A stretch of 27,679 bases of DNA, taken from assembly GCA_003345545.1 (NCBI GenBank), contig PRDH01000041.1:1-27679 (forward strand), in the 5' to 3' direction. This document shows positions 8,492 to 17,262 of this stretch, in pieces. Source of the DNA: Candidatus Thorarchaeota archaeon (lineage in GTDB: Archaea; Asgardarchaeota; Thorarchaeia; Thorarchaeales; Thorarchaeaceae). A model generated the notes under the pieces. The model made no database searches. It saw only the letters and a program-made list of their open reading frames with translations, and was not told the origin of the DNA. The position numbers were made by a program, and so were the translations under genes. Each line of letters opens with the position of its first letter. Position 1 is the first letter of the stretch.

Positions 8492-9217
8492 ATGCCTTCG
8501 CAAGAAATGGTGACTGGATTGGACACAGCAAAGGATGCCAGGATTCTTGTCATGGAGGATGCGCTGCATCGGCTCAATGGAATTGTCGTGAATAGAAGAC
8601 TGAAATTTCACGCCGAGTATTCCAAGCTTTCAGAAATACTCCAGAATGCCGGCAGTCTGCTTTACGAGGTGAAATACTCCTATTTGACCGCAGAACAGGT
8701 GGCAGACCTTGAATCAACACGGAAGATTGTCGAGAGCATTGCAGGCCTCAAGAAAACAATAGAACAGTCCATTAAGTCAGCAGGATACAAGCCTGCGACG
8801 CCAAAAGAATCTCTTGTCCAAGCTGAACTGTCTTATTCTTTCAGGATTGTTGAGGGATTTCAAATCAGGCTCCGAAACTATGACGATGACCCGGCTCATG
8901 CAGTGGATATCCTTGCCGTTGAGATTAGTCAGAGTCAGTCCATCCCCGATTCAAAAAACCTCACAGAATGCCGATGCACCGACGGTACCAGAATCTGGAG
9001 GATTGTGACCAATATCACTGGGCTCAAGAACGGCACAAGATTGGCTTGCGCAGTTCTCCCTCCTGTCGACATGATGAACACGGTCAGTGAGGCTATGTTT
9101 CTGGGCAGCGCGCCTCTGCCGACATCCACTGGGCTTGGCGTTCTCAAGAGTCCATCACCATCAGTGCTCGACCAAGCGCGAGCTCAAACGATTCATATCA
9201 TCAAGAGGATGACATAG
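8492..9217 (+). CDS. Archaeal tRNA-binding protein with C-terminal EMAP/Trbp111 OB domain (COG2517-like)
   Basis: LDTAKDARILV N-terminus, LYEVKYSYL, and OB motif IVTNITGLKNG..ACAVLPP...VSEAMFLG. ATG 8492 follows GGAGAGG; the ORF-track start at 8390 overlaps the divergent gene. Confidence 0.85.
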   Translation: MPSQEMVTGLDTAKDARILVMEDALHRLNGIVVNRRLKFHAEYSKLSEILQNAGSLLYEVKYSYLTAEQVADLESTRKIVESIAGLKKTIEQSIKSAGYKPATPKESLVQAELSYSFRIVEGFQIRLRNYDDDPAHAVDILAVEISQSQSIPDSKNLTECRCTDGTRIWRIVTNITGLKNGTRLACAVLPPVDMMNTVSEAMFLGSAPLPTSTGLGVLKSPSPSVLDQARAQTIHIIKRMT

Positions 9218-9559
9218 ATGCAATTCAGAGAGATACAAGCGAGGCTCGATGCTTTTGAGAAGTCGCGCGGCTGGAACAAGTTCCCCGCCTCCCTTGTCTT
9301 TACTCATCTCATTGAGGAACTGGGGGAGATATCAAGATACATCACGGTAGAGGAAGGTTACAAAGCCATAGGTCTTGGTCACAAGGCACCGGAGAACTCC
9401 GAGCTACATAGAGAGTTCGCACAGGTGTTCAATCTATTCGCACAACTTGCCAATCATTTCGAGATTGATCTGGAGGATAGCATTCTCTCAGAGCTCTCTA
9501 TAATGGAAGAGCGATTCTCTGCAAAGGAATGGTCTGAGTACATGAAGAATCGTCAATAG
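9218..9559 (+). CDS. MazG-like all-alpha nucleotide pyrophosphohydrolase
   Basis: HLIEELGEIS...LHREFAQV..LANHFEIDLE pattern. Abuts the previous stop (TAG ATG). Confidence 0.85.
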   Translation: MQFREIQARLDAFEKSRGWNKFPASLVFTHLIEELGEISRYITVEEGYKAIGLGHKAPENSELHREFAQVFNLFAQLANHFEIDLEDSILSELSIMEERFSAKEWSEYMKNRQ

Positions 9560-9561
9560 AA

Positions 9562-9996
9562 CTAACTCAGTTTTCTGCTTGTTTCAAGTGCTTTCTTGGC
9601 CATGTCTTCAAGATCCTTTGTTGCTGCAAGGAGACCGAGGGCCTTATTGCGAACCTGAGTAATGTTCTTCTCCTTTGCCCATTGAGCCAGACCTGTTACT
9701 AGCGGTCCAAGCGCTGTTCTCGCAGCCTCTACAGTTCCCACTGCCTTGCCAAGGAGTTCAACACCATGCTTCTTGTCCTTTCCTGCCTCAGCCACTCTGA
9801 GCCAGACAAGTGCGTGGATCATGTATAGAGCGTCCAGCATTAGGGTGGGTGATTTAGGATTGTCTTGTACCTTTTTTAGGAGCCGTTCCTGTCGGTCTTC
9901 GAATACGTCCTTGAAATAGCCGAATGCCTTACTATCATTCCCTTTGTCAAGTTCGATGATGCCCTTCTGTAGTTTTTCGTCACTCTCTGACAACAC
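9562..9996 (-). CDS. Hypothetical all-helical (TPR-like) protein
   Basis: GTG start after AAGGAG. Amphipathic helices, KGIIELDKGNDSKAFGYFK. Confidence 0.7.
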   Translation of the reverse strand: MLSESDEKLQKGIIELDKGNDSKAFGYFKDVFEDRQERLLKKVQDNPKSPTLMLDALYMIHALVWLRVAEAGKDKKHGVELLGKAVGTVEAARTALGPLVTGLAQWAKEKNITQVRNKALGLLAATKDLEDMAKKALETSRKLS

Positions 9997-10167
9997 TGTA
10001 ACACTCCTTGGTCAGAATATCTGTATAGATAGATGACTATGAACTCATCTATTATGATTTTCGACTCTCTGTTTAAGTGTGTGTAACACCCCTTCTTCTG
10101 CTCGCAAGACTATTATGGAGGATTTTTTCAATAGGCAAGCGTCGAATACGTATTTGGAGGCCAACGA

Positions 10168-11760
10168 ATGGTTAAGACTACTCTCACTTTCGAGGATTTG
10201 AAGAGGACCAATCATCTAGAAATCAAAGAGATGCAGGAGAGGAAGTTCCGTGCATTCATACGATATCAGATCTGGCCTAACCATCCTTATTATCGCCGTC
10301 TTTTCAAGGAAAACAAAGTTGATCCCTTCAACATCACTTGTTTTGAGGACTGGGCCAAGTACAATATTCCCCTCGTCAGAAAGGTCGAGTACAAGGACCA
10401 TCTGCGGGAATTCGTACTGAATCCCTCTCAAGTAGATGGCGTGGATCGAGCCCCAGCTGAAATCATTAGGAATGTGATGACCTACTCAAAAGAGGCAGGA
10501 AATGATGATGAATACAGGTTCCTCCGCAACAATGGTGCTCGGGTCAAGCTTCACCTTGGCGCCGAATCTGCAATGAAACGACTCAAAGGACGCATGACCT
10601 ACAACTATGCACCCCTGCAGTTTTGGCTCAGTTCAGGAAGAGCTTCCGGCCTCCCCTCGCCCGTCTTCCTAACACGATATGACAACGATTTACTTGAGAA
10701 GAACAGCGCGAAATGTGGCCAGCTTGCCATTGATAAGTTTGCCAATGAAGGATGGGAAGCGTCCTCCATGAACTTATTCCCATATGCACCTCATCTCGGC
10801 TGGCATGCTGTCAATGCTGGTCTGAGGCAGATAAGCAAGTTCTACATTGCCACGAGTGCTGGTGGAGCAATTCCAAGCGAAAAACTCGTTGATCTGGCGA
10901 AGGCCTTCAAGGCAAATGCTTTCGCAGGAATGCCAAGCTATCTCAGAAACCGTTTCTTCAAAGCTGTGGCAGAGGCCGACTACGAAGCCCCGGAGAAGGT
11001 TGTTGTGCTCCTAGCGGGAGAAAAGATCTATCCGCGTGTCGCCGAAGATATTACTCAGATACTGACAGACAAAGGGGCGAAACAGATACACCTTGTAGGA
11101 GGATATGCCTCTTCAGAGAGCAAGGTTTCATTTGCAGTGCAATGTGACTATCATGGCCCTTATCATAATCTGTCACCTGAGATCATGTCGTGGGAGTTCG
11201 TCAGACTAAATGATGATGGCACCTACGAGTTTGTGGATGAGGATGAGCCAGGACATACCGTTCTGTTCCATTTGGACAGCACTGGGACTGTATTCGAAGG
11301 TTTCCTTTTGGGAGATGTGGCCTCGAAGCATGAGGCCGGAAAATGCCCATTATGTGGTCTTGACGGCCAATTCTTCTGGGACATCGGAAGAACGAATGAT
11401 GCTCAGGCGCAAATGGAAGTCATGGGTCTCGCTGAGAAGAAGATCAAAGGAGCGACTGTGAATCTTACTGCGCTTCGTGCTGACCTCCTGAGCCTAGGTG
11501 AGGTTGAGGAAGTGCAGGTCGAAGTTGCTAAGGAAGATATGTCTGACCCCTATAGCATGGATGTGCTCAATTTGTATATCGCACCGAAAGGCCCCAAGAC
11601 CTCAGACTACTCCTCGCTGATAGCTCGAGTTCAGAAAATCACAAAGGAAAGCACTGAGGTGACTCCCAGTGTTGTGATTATCGGATTTGAGGAATTAGTT
11701 GAGAAAGCTGGCGGCATGAAGTTCATGGAGATCATCGACAGTAGACCGAAGCCTGCATAG
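10168..11760 (+). CDS. Phenylacetate-CoA ligase (PaaK)-like adenylate-forming enzyme
   Basis: HPYYRRLF..IPLVRK N-terminus, SSGRASG (P-loop variant of SSGTTG), GMPSYL, LAGEK, GGYASSE, LGD, CPLCG, IGR, KIKGATV and C-terminal IIDSR. GGAGG SD. Confidence 0.8.
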   Translation: MVKTTLTFEDLKRTNHLEIKEMQERKFRAFIRYQIWPNHPYYRRLFKENKVDPFNITCFEDWAKYNIPLVRKVEYKDHLREFVLNPSQVDGVDRAPAEIIRNVMTYSKEAGNDDEYRFLRNNGARVKLHLGAESAMKRLKGRMTYNYAPLQFWLSSGRASGLPSPVFLTRYDNDLLEKNSAKCGQLAIDKFANEGWEASSMNLFPYAPHLGWHAVNAGLRQISKFYIATSAGGAIPSEKLVDLAKAFKANAFAGMPSYLRNRFFKAVAEADYEAPEKVVVLLAGEKIYPRVAEDITQILTDKGAKQIHLVGGYASSESKVSFAVQCDYHGPYHNLSPEIMSWEFVRLNDDGTYEFVDEDEPGHTVLFHLDSTGTVFEGFLLGDVASKHEAGKCPLCGLDGQFFWDIGRTNDAQAQMEVMGLAEKKIKGATVNLTALRADLLSLGEVEEVQVEVAKEDMSDPYSMDVLNLYIAPKGPKTSDYSSLIARVQKITKESTEVTPSVVIIGFEELVEKAGGMKFMEIIDSRPKPA

Positions 11761-11795
11761 TACTTTGGACCCGCATCGACTAATCATGTATTGAT

Positions 11796-12137
11796 TTAGG
11801 TGGCACTCCTGAATCTCTCTTTGATGTCAGGCAGGTTCAGGTAGACTACTATTATGGCCGACAGGATGACTCCAATCCAATTCCCCCCGAACAAGAAGAG
11901 CGCGAATCCGATCATATTTAGGATGACTGCCCAAGTCCATGCGTATCCTTGCATAGTAAACAATCCATAGGCAATGAAGAAACCAAACAGACCTGCTATG
12001 GCGAAAGGTATCGCAATCAACAGCCCAAGAATCGGTATCAGTAGGAACGGGGCGCCTGTGAGGAGTACTCCGAGGGCTTGAAGTGTCTGCAATACTGCTA
12101 GAATCAGTACTCCAATGGGTAAGTTCTTCTGAGTCAT
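11796..12137 (-). CDS. Small integral membrane protein (~4 TM)
   Basis: PIGVLILAVL...AYGLFTMQGYAW...IIVVYLNLPDIKERF. ATG after a GGTGTG SD. Confidence 0.8.
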   Translation of the reverse strand: MTQKNLPIGVLILAVLQTLQALGVLLTGAPFLLIPILGLLIAIPFAIAGLFGFFIAYGLFTMQGYAWTWAVILNMIGFALFLFGGNWIGVILSAIIVVYLNLPDIKERFRSAT

Positions 12138-12266
12138 TGATAGTCACACCGAATACATCTCTGAACATGACCTGCTAATAATCATACGTAGTTATTGCCA
12201 GTGCATCAAGGCGTTTCTCAAGAATGTGAATTCGCCTGGGATAAGATATCCCCGGCGGTGGAACAT

Positions 12267-13598
12267 TCACTTCAGATTATGTTTCTTCACAAACTCGGTC
12301 AAGACATCCACAAGGTCCGGTTTCCCGATCTCCTGCAAGTTATATCTGACTCTGACACTAGGCTTGGTGATTTTGACTACGCGATTCAGGTCAATCGGTG
12401 TCCCGATTACCACTGCATCCACATCCGAGTTATTGATGGTTTCTTGGAGTTCAGAGATCTGCTTCTTGCCGTACCCCATTGCGGGAAGAACATTCTCAAG
12501 ATGACCGTATTTCTCGAAAGTGTCTCTGATACTTCCAACAGCAAACGGCCTTGGATCCACAATTATGGCTCCGGCCTTCCTTGCAGCTATGAACCCAGCA
12601 CCATAGGGCATCTCCCCGTGCGTTACGGTGGGTCCGTCCTCTACTACAATGACTCTTTTTCCGCGAATCGATTCCATCTTTTCGATTATGAGGGGTGATG
12701 CTCCATCGATGATGATTGCCCTGGGGTTTACGGCCACAATATTCTCTCTAATCTCTTCCACATTCTCATAGTCTGCAGTGTCAATCTTGTTGATGATAAC
12801 TACATCCGCCATCCTAAGGTTTGTTTCGCCTGGGTAGTATGATACTTCGTGACCGGGCCTGTGAGCATCAGTGATGACAATGAGTAGGTCTGGCTTGTAG
12901 AACGAGAAGTCGTTGTTTCCTCCATCCCATGTGATGACATCCGCTTCTTTTTCTGCCTGTTCAAGAATCTTGCCATAGTCTACTCCCGCGTAGAGAATGA
13001 CTCCCATATTGATCATGGGCTCGTACTCCTCACGTTCCTCTATCGTGCACCTGTACTTGTCCATGTCCTCTAGGTTCTCATACCTCTGTGCAATCTGCGT
13101 TGTCAGGTCTGGATCATATGGCATCGGATGCCTGATGTTGACTGGTTTGAGACCCATATCCACTAGAATCTGATTCACGCGTCTTGAGGTCTGGCTCTTA
13201 CCACAACCTGTCCGGACAGCACAGATTGCTACAACTGGCTTCTTGCTCTTCATCGAAGTCGTCTTCGGCCCCATGAAACGAATATCAGGGCCGAGCTTAT
13301 TGACCCAAGCTATCTTGTGACCAACCACCTCATATGGAAGATCCGAATAGGCGAGAATACACTGCTCAACATCGAACTTCTTGACTAGTTCGGGTAGTTT
13401 TCCTTCAGGATATATCTTGATACCCTTTGGATAGAGTGGCCCTGCAAGTTCTGGAGGGTACATTCGATCTCCAATTCCGGGGATTTGTTCAGCAGTGAAG
13501 GCCACAACCTCATAGTCTTCGTTATTTCGGAAGTAGACATTGAAGTTATGGAAGTCGCGACCAGCGGCGCCCATGATGATTACTTTCTTCTTGCTCAT
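12267..13598 (-). CDS. COG2403 P-loop protein (cyclic 2,3-diphosphoglycerate synthetase-like / arginine synthetase-like)
   Basis: KKVIIMGAAGRDFHNFN, AVRTGCGKSQTS (P-loop), RHPMPY, TIEEREEYE, WDGGNND, VEDGPTVTHG, LPAMGY. ATG 13598 follows GGAGTGG. Confidence 0.88.
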   Translation of the reverse strand: MSKKKVIIMGAAGRDFHNFNVYFRNNEDYEVVAFTAEQIPGIGDRMYPPELAGPLYPKGIKIYPEGKLPELVKKFDVEQCILAYSDLPYEVVGHKIAWVNKLGPDIRFMGPKTTSMKSKKPVVAICAVRTGCGKSQTSRRVNQILVDMGLKPVNIRHPMPYDPDLTTQIAQRYENLEDMDKYRCTIEEREEYEPMINMGVILYAGVDYGKILEQAEKEADVITWDGGNNDFSFYKPDLLIVITDAHRPGHEVSYYPGETNLRMADVVIINKIDTADYENVEEIRENIVAVNPRAIIIDGASPLIIEKMESIRGKRVIVVEDGPTVTHGEMPYGAGFIAARKAGAIIVDPRPFAVGSIRDTFEKYGHLENVLPAMGYGKKQISELQETINNSDVDAVVIGTPIDLNRVVKITKPSVRVRYNLQEIGKPDLVDVLTEFVKKHNLK

Positions 13599-13770
13599 TT
13601 TGAGTCCACTCCAGTTGTTGGTGGATTTACAGTACTTCGACCCATTAGGCAGGTTAAGTAATTGTTGGTCCATTCAACAGTGTAGAATGCACAGTGAGTC
13701 TAGCATTCTAGCACGACTGTGTGGGGACTATCGGACAGTTTTACTAGAATTGATTAATAGTGAGTATGCC

Positions 13771-13833
13771 TTCGGAAAATCGCAGTCAAAATCCTCCGAA
13801 GATGGATTCGGAAAATCGAACCGATTCCGGGAA
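13771..13833. repeat. Array of direct and inverted TTCGGA(A/G)(A/G)AT repeats; putative operator
   Basis: TTCGGAAAATCG at 13771-13782 and 13807-13818. Inverted copy ATCCTCCGAA at 13791-13800. Related GATTCCGGGAA at 13823-13833. Confidence 0.65.
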
Positions 13834-13838
13834 CAATA

Positions 13839-13853
13839 CAAAGCATTAAATAC
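13839..13853 (+). promoter_or_regulatory. Putative archaeal BRE/TATA promoter of the E2F/DP-like gene
   Basis: Purine-rich CAAAG followed by ATTAAATA, upstream of GGGGTG SD and the TTG start at 13921. Confidence 0.4.
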
Positions 13854-13920
13854 GCGGTGCTTCTATTATGAAAGAAGAGCGCTTTTCTGAGCCCATCGCC
13901 GGATTGATAAGTGGGGTGCA

Positions 13921-14475
13921 TTGTTGAAGCTAGTTGAATTGGCTCTGGAGTCAGTCAGGATTCTGAAGGATGCAGGGGAGGCCGGTATCAAGAGCGACAT
14001 ATTGGCTCAGCGGCTCAATACTCCTAAACGCAGAGTGTATGATGTCATCGCAGTTCTGAAGGCTCTAGGCCAGGTGGATACAAGCAGAAAGTTCGATGGG
14101 ACAACGATTGTATGGATAGATCATTCGAAGGATTTCATCCCAAAGCAAAATCACGAAGAACTGCGAGTCCGGCTGAATCAAGAAAGTGAGGAGCGCAAGC
14201 AGTTTCAAGTTCAAGTAGCAGAACTAAAAGAGCAACTCAGAATCACAAAATCCAAACTCAGACGAGATGTCCAAGCTATTGAGATGGCAAATAAGACGGA
14301 GTTCCTGACGACACAACTTCGGGTACGTGCCCTATCGAGTAATGGAATCAAGAAGGTCGAACATTCCGGAATCGAAGTGCTCATTGAAACTCATGAATCC
14401 GGGATGGTCGTTGACCCGACTGAACTAGAGGTTGACGAAAACGCAGCTCTTCTGAAGAATCTGCAGCGCATATGA
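13921..14475 (+). CDS. E2F/DP-family-like winged-helix transcription factor with coiled coil
   Basis: LAQRLNTPKRRVYDVIAVLKALGQV...TIVWID carries the RRxYD signature, the following VL..(L/I)G and the wing W of E2F/DP DNA-binding domains. A heptad region (aa ~77-120) and a beta-rich C-terminus follow. Confidence 0.8.
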   Translation: MLKLVELALESVRILKDAGEAGIKSDILAQRLNTPKRRVYDVIAVLKALGQVDTSRKFDGTTIVWIDHSKDFIPKQNHEELRVRLNQESEERKQFQVQVAELKEQLRITKSKLRRDVQAIEMANKTEFLTTQLRVRALSSNGIKKVEHSGIEVLIETHESGMVVDPTELEVDENAALLKNLQRI

Positions 14476-14480
14476 TCATG

Positions 14481-14867
14481 TCATAATGTCTTGATGTGCA
14501 CCATGCTACCTCTTCTTACGCCCCTAAGGGAATTGATTCGGCTCACATCTGACGTTACCTTACCCAGAACATTGACTTGACTATAGGTATGTCCATCATC
14601 CAGGTAGATACAGAGTGCATCTCCAAGGGGCATATACGCAATGTCACCCCTCTTCACTTCATTCGTAGGTTTGGCGTTTCCCTTTGATATGCCCAAAGTG
14701 ATTTGCATCTCATTTCGTACGAGTGCGGTTCGTCCTTCCAGAGGGAGTCTGAATTTTATCTCCTCCACTATGAGAGGGGCATGAATTCTGTTGATGATTC
14801 CTTCAATAGCAATGCCCCCTTCAAAGTTGAACTCAAGATGGACATCCGTATCACTGAGATCTGGCAT
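14481..14867 (-). CDS. Cyclophilin-like fold protein (DUF369/TM1367-like)
   Basis: APLIVEEIKFRLPLEG, EVKRGDIAYMPLGDALCIYL and VNVLGKV motifs. GAGG SD. Confidence 0.8.
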   Translation of the reverse strand: MPDLSDTDVHLEFNFEGGIAIEGIINRIHAPLIVEEIKFRLPLEGRTALVRNEMQITLGISKGNAKPTNEVKRGDIAYMPLGDALCIYLDDGHTYSQVNVLGKVTSDVSRINSLRGVRRGSMVHIKTL

Positions 14868-14938
14868 ATGTCTTCCTCGGTGTATCGCCTTAAAATGTGC
14901 TGCGCTTGGTTCTTCGGCAAAGGCTTAATTGGACACAA

Positions 14939-16093
14939 ATGGTGCTAGATTTGGAGAGAACGAGACTGCCATCAACCAAGCTCAATGTCGCATTTGTTGT
15001 CGACACAACTGGATCAATGAAAGATGATATCAAAGCAGTGAAGGATAGTCTCTCTGAAATAGTGCGCCATATCACATCACGAACGAAAGACCTAGAGATC
15101 AAATTCGGAATCGTTTCGTATCGTGACCATCCTCCACAAGACAGGTCCTACGTGACCAAGTCTTTCGACTTTGCAGACAATGTGAAACGAGTCCAGAAGA
15201 TTATTGCTGATCTTCAACCGTCTGATGGAGGTGACACTCCCGAAGCGGTTGCTGATGGTCTTTTTGATGCGCGTACAAAACTATCGTGGGAGAAGGATGC
15301 CTACAAAGTGCTGCTTCTTGTCGGAGACGCACCTCCACATGGGCGAAAATACAACGCTCTCGGTGATGATTACTTTGCTGATGGCTGCCCAGATGGTCAT
15401 GATCCAATTGAGGAAGTCCAGCAGTTAAGAAAGGATTTTGGTACTGCGATGTTCATTTTCGTATGTGGCTGCAACCCTCTTGTTGAAACAGCATTCCGAC
15501 AGATTGCGGACTCTGTTGAAGGTGGCAAGTACTACTCGTTGTTGGAGGCGCATGAACTTCCGGAAGCAATTCTGAAAATACTTGAGGGAGTCAGTAACCT
15601 CATTGAAGCCGATAGGAAAGTCTTGTCCTACTACCAAGCTAATGATGGAACGTTCGATATGGGTGAGGCCGCGTCAAAACTCTGCCTTGAGGTCCGCGAA
15701 CTGAAGACCTCTCTATCTAGACTTCTCGAGCTGGGCAGAATTGTACGTTGGCCAAAGGGAAGACCTCTGGCATCAGAGCAAATCGGCATCTCTGTGAGTC
15801 TTGGTGAGATACCAAATAACATCGTCGCTGGAAAGGCCTTCAACTACTCTATCCGAGTCAAGAATCCAAGTGCGGCTATTGGGAACATCAGGGTGATAGC
15901 ATCACTCGTCACAGCTGAGGGCGTATCTGAGGTAACGAATGAAAGTCATGACATCGCAGCGAAATCTGATAAGATGCTCGAGCTCAAGCTCGTCCCGATG
16001 ACTGATGTGAGAGGGAAAGCAACGCTCCGAGTTGAGGTCTTCTATGGTTCAAAATCCATTGCAACTGAAATCTACTCAACACGTATCTATTGA
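14939..16093 (+). CDS. vWA domain protein (intact MIDAS-type motif) + winged helix + C-terminal Ig-like domain
   Basis: NVAFVVDTTGSM, GIVSYRDH, GGDTPEAV, LLVGDAPPHG. wHTH FDMGEAASKLCLEVRELKTSLSRLLELGRI. Beta-sandwich tail (FNYSIRVKNP..LELKLVP..LRVEVFY). ATG 14939 preferred over 14897. Confidence 0.85.
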   Translation: MVLDLERTRLPSTKLNVAFVVDTTGSMKDDIKAVKDSLSEIVRHITSRTKDLEIKFGIVSYRDHPPQDRSYVTKSFDFADNVKRVQKIIADLQPSDGGDTPEAVADGLFDARTKLSWEKDAYKVLLLVGDAPPHGRKYNALGDDYFADGCPDGHDPIEEVQQLRKDFGTAMFIFVCGCNPLVETAFRQIADSVEGGKYYSLLEAHELPEAILKILEGVSNLIEADRKVLSYYQANDGTFDMGEAASKLCLEVRELKTSLSRLLELGRIVRWPKGRPLASEQIGISVSLGEIPNNIVAGKAFNYSIRVKNPSAAIGNIRVIASLVTAEGVSEVTNESHDIAAKSDKMLELKLVPMTDVRGKATLRVEVFYGSKSIATEIYSTRIY

Positions 16094-17262
16094 TGGGAGG
16101 ATTCTCTTTGATTCTAATCGCCAAACAGGGACGAAATCAGAAAGGTCTCTGCTTTGTGCCAGCTGACGAACCTTCATGTGAACCGGGTGTCTACGAACTG
16201 AGCTTTGGGGAATCCAGACTGCTTGCCGATATACGCAAGTCAGCTCAGGTTTTCAATCGCATGATCATTCTGGATAGTCGTGTTTTCACCATGATGAATT
16301 GTGAAGATGGCTCGGAAATATCATTAACCAGAATCTGCGACGACTTGCCCATCTGCAGAGAACTTGGGCTTGCTGTGGCATCCAAGAAGTCCCTAGATAA
16401 TACTGCAGTTGCTGATGCGATTTCCAAAAGAGTCAATGATCTTCAAGAGGATTTTGACGGATTAGTGCTAACAAAAAGCCAGAAGATATCGTTGGAAAGG
16501 CTTGGAGTCCAATTCACTGTGGGCTTTCTCAAACCGATGGATGACGGAAACCTCTCTTGTCGACTAAGATGGAGCAGTCTAGAGAAGATACACCTTGACC
16601 CAGCATTAGAATCTCCTGCCTACAATCTCATTTGTGTGATTGAGCTTGGAGCAGCAGCCCAAATTAAAGATGTCCGGCAATCCTCTGTAGACGGCGACTC
16701 GATTTCAGTTTCTCGACACTCTGCTGCAATTGAACTTCTACGTCAGATTGAACTAGGTTACCCGGGATATGGCACAGGAGCTCAATTCTCAGGCATTGTA
16801 TATTCGGAAGAGGTAGCAACCTACCCGATGTTTGATACAGAGACAGGTGAACAGGTCGAGACATCATCGCTTCACTCGGGATCTATCTTGGAATCATTCA
16901 AAAACTGGGTTCGCGAAGTAGCTTCCACCCATGGCCGCAAATCCTCGAATCCCGGTGCCGCATTGAGTATCGCAATCGAGCGTGCCTTGAGCTTGCCAGA
17001 TTCATCTAATCACCCTACTATTGTAGTTCTAGTTTCAAGCGGTACCCACTCATCTGGCCCCAATCCATTGAAGACTGTGAAAAAGAAAACGGAGAACAAG
17101 TCTGTACCAGTCTTATGTTTTTGTCTGGGAGAAGATTCAAACAGGGATATGATGAAGGCAATTGCAGAGTACACAAAGGGAATTGCAGTCGAAATCACCA
17201 ACATGGGTCAGGTGAGTATGGTCAATGAATGGCTTATGGAGTGGTTTCGAGATAGGAGTTGA
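16090..17262 (+). CDS. Cdc48/NSF-N-like domain + degenerate vWA protein
   Basis: IILDSRVFTMMNCEDGSEISL (double-psi-barrel-like). vWA strands NLICVIELGAA, SNPGAALSIA, PTIVVLVSSG and VLCFCLGEDSNRDMMKAIAEYTKG align with 23085-24374 but lack DxSxS. Start may be TTG 16108 after GGAGG. Confidence 0.7.
   Translation: MMGGFSLILIAKQGRNQKGLCFVPADEPSCEPGVYELSFGESRLLADIRKSAQVFNRMIILDSRVFTMMNCEDGSEISLTRICDDLPICRELGLAVASKKSLDNTAVADAISKRVNDLQEDFDGLVLTKSQKISLERLGVQFTVGFLKPMDDGNLSCRLRWSSLEKIHLDPALESPAYNLICVIELGAAAQIKDVRQSSVDGDSISVSRHSAAIELLRQIELGYPGYGTGAQFSGIVYSEEVATYPMFDTETGEQVETSSLHSGSILESFKNWVREVASTHGRKSSNPGAALSIAIERALSLPDSSNHPTIVVLVSSGTHSSGPNPLKTVKKKTENKSVPVLCFCLGEDSNRDMMKAIAEYTKGIAVEITNMGQVSMVNEWLMEWFRDRS

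Noticed and set aside
11827-12168. Alternative-frame 113-aa ORF
   Set aside because: The overlapping frame 11796-12137 has an SD and a coherent TM pattern; this one does not.
12195-12698. 167-aa plus-strand ORF (and nested 92-aa ORF)
   Set aside because: Antisense to the highly conserved COG2403 gene; no recognisable features.
13771-13833. Possible mini-CRISPR (repeats 36 bp apart)
   Set aside because: Only two 12-bp direct copies, with an inverted copy between them and no cas genes.
13540-13890. 116-aa ORF spanning the divergent promoter region
   Set aside because: Overlaps the COG2403 start on the other strand. Its FGKS repeats simply reflect the DNA repeat array, which is better explained as regulatory.
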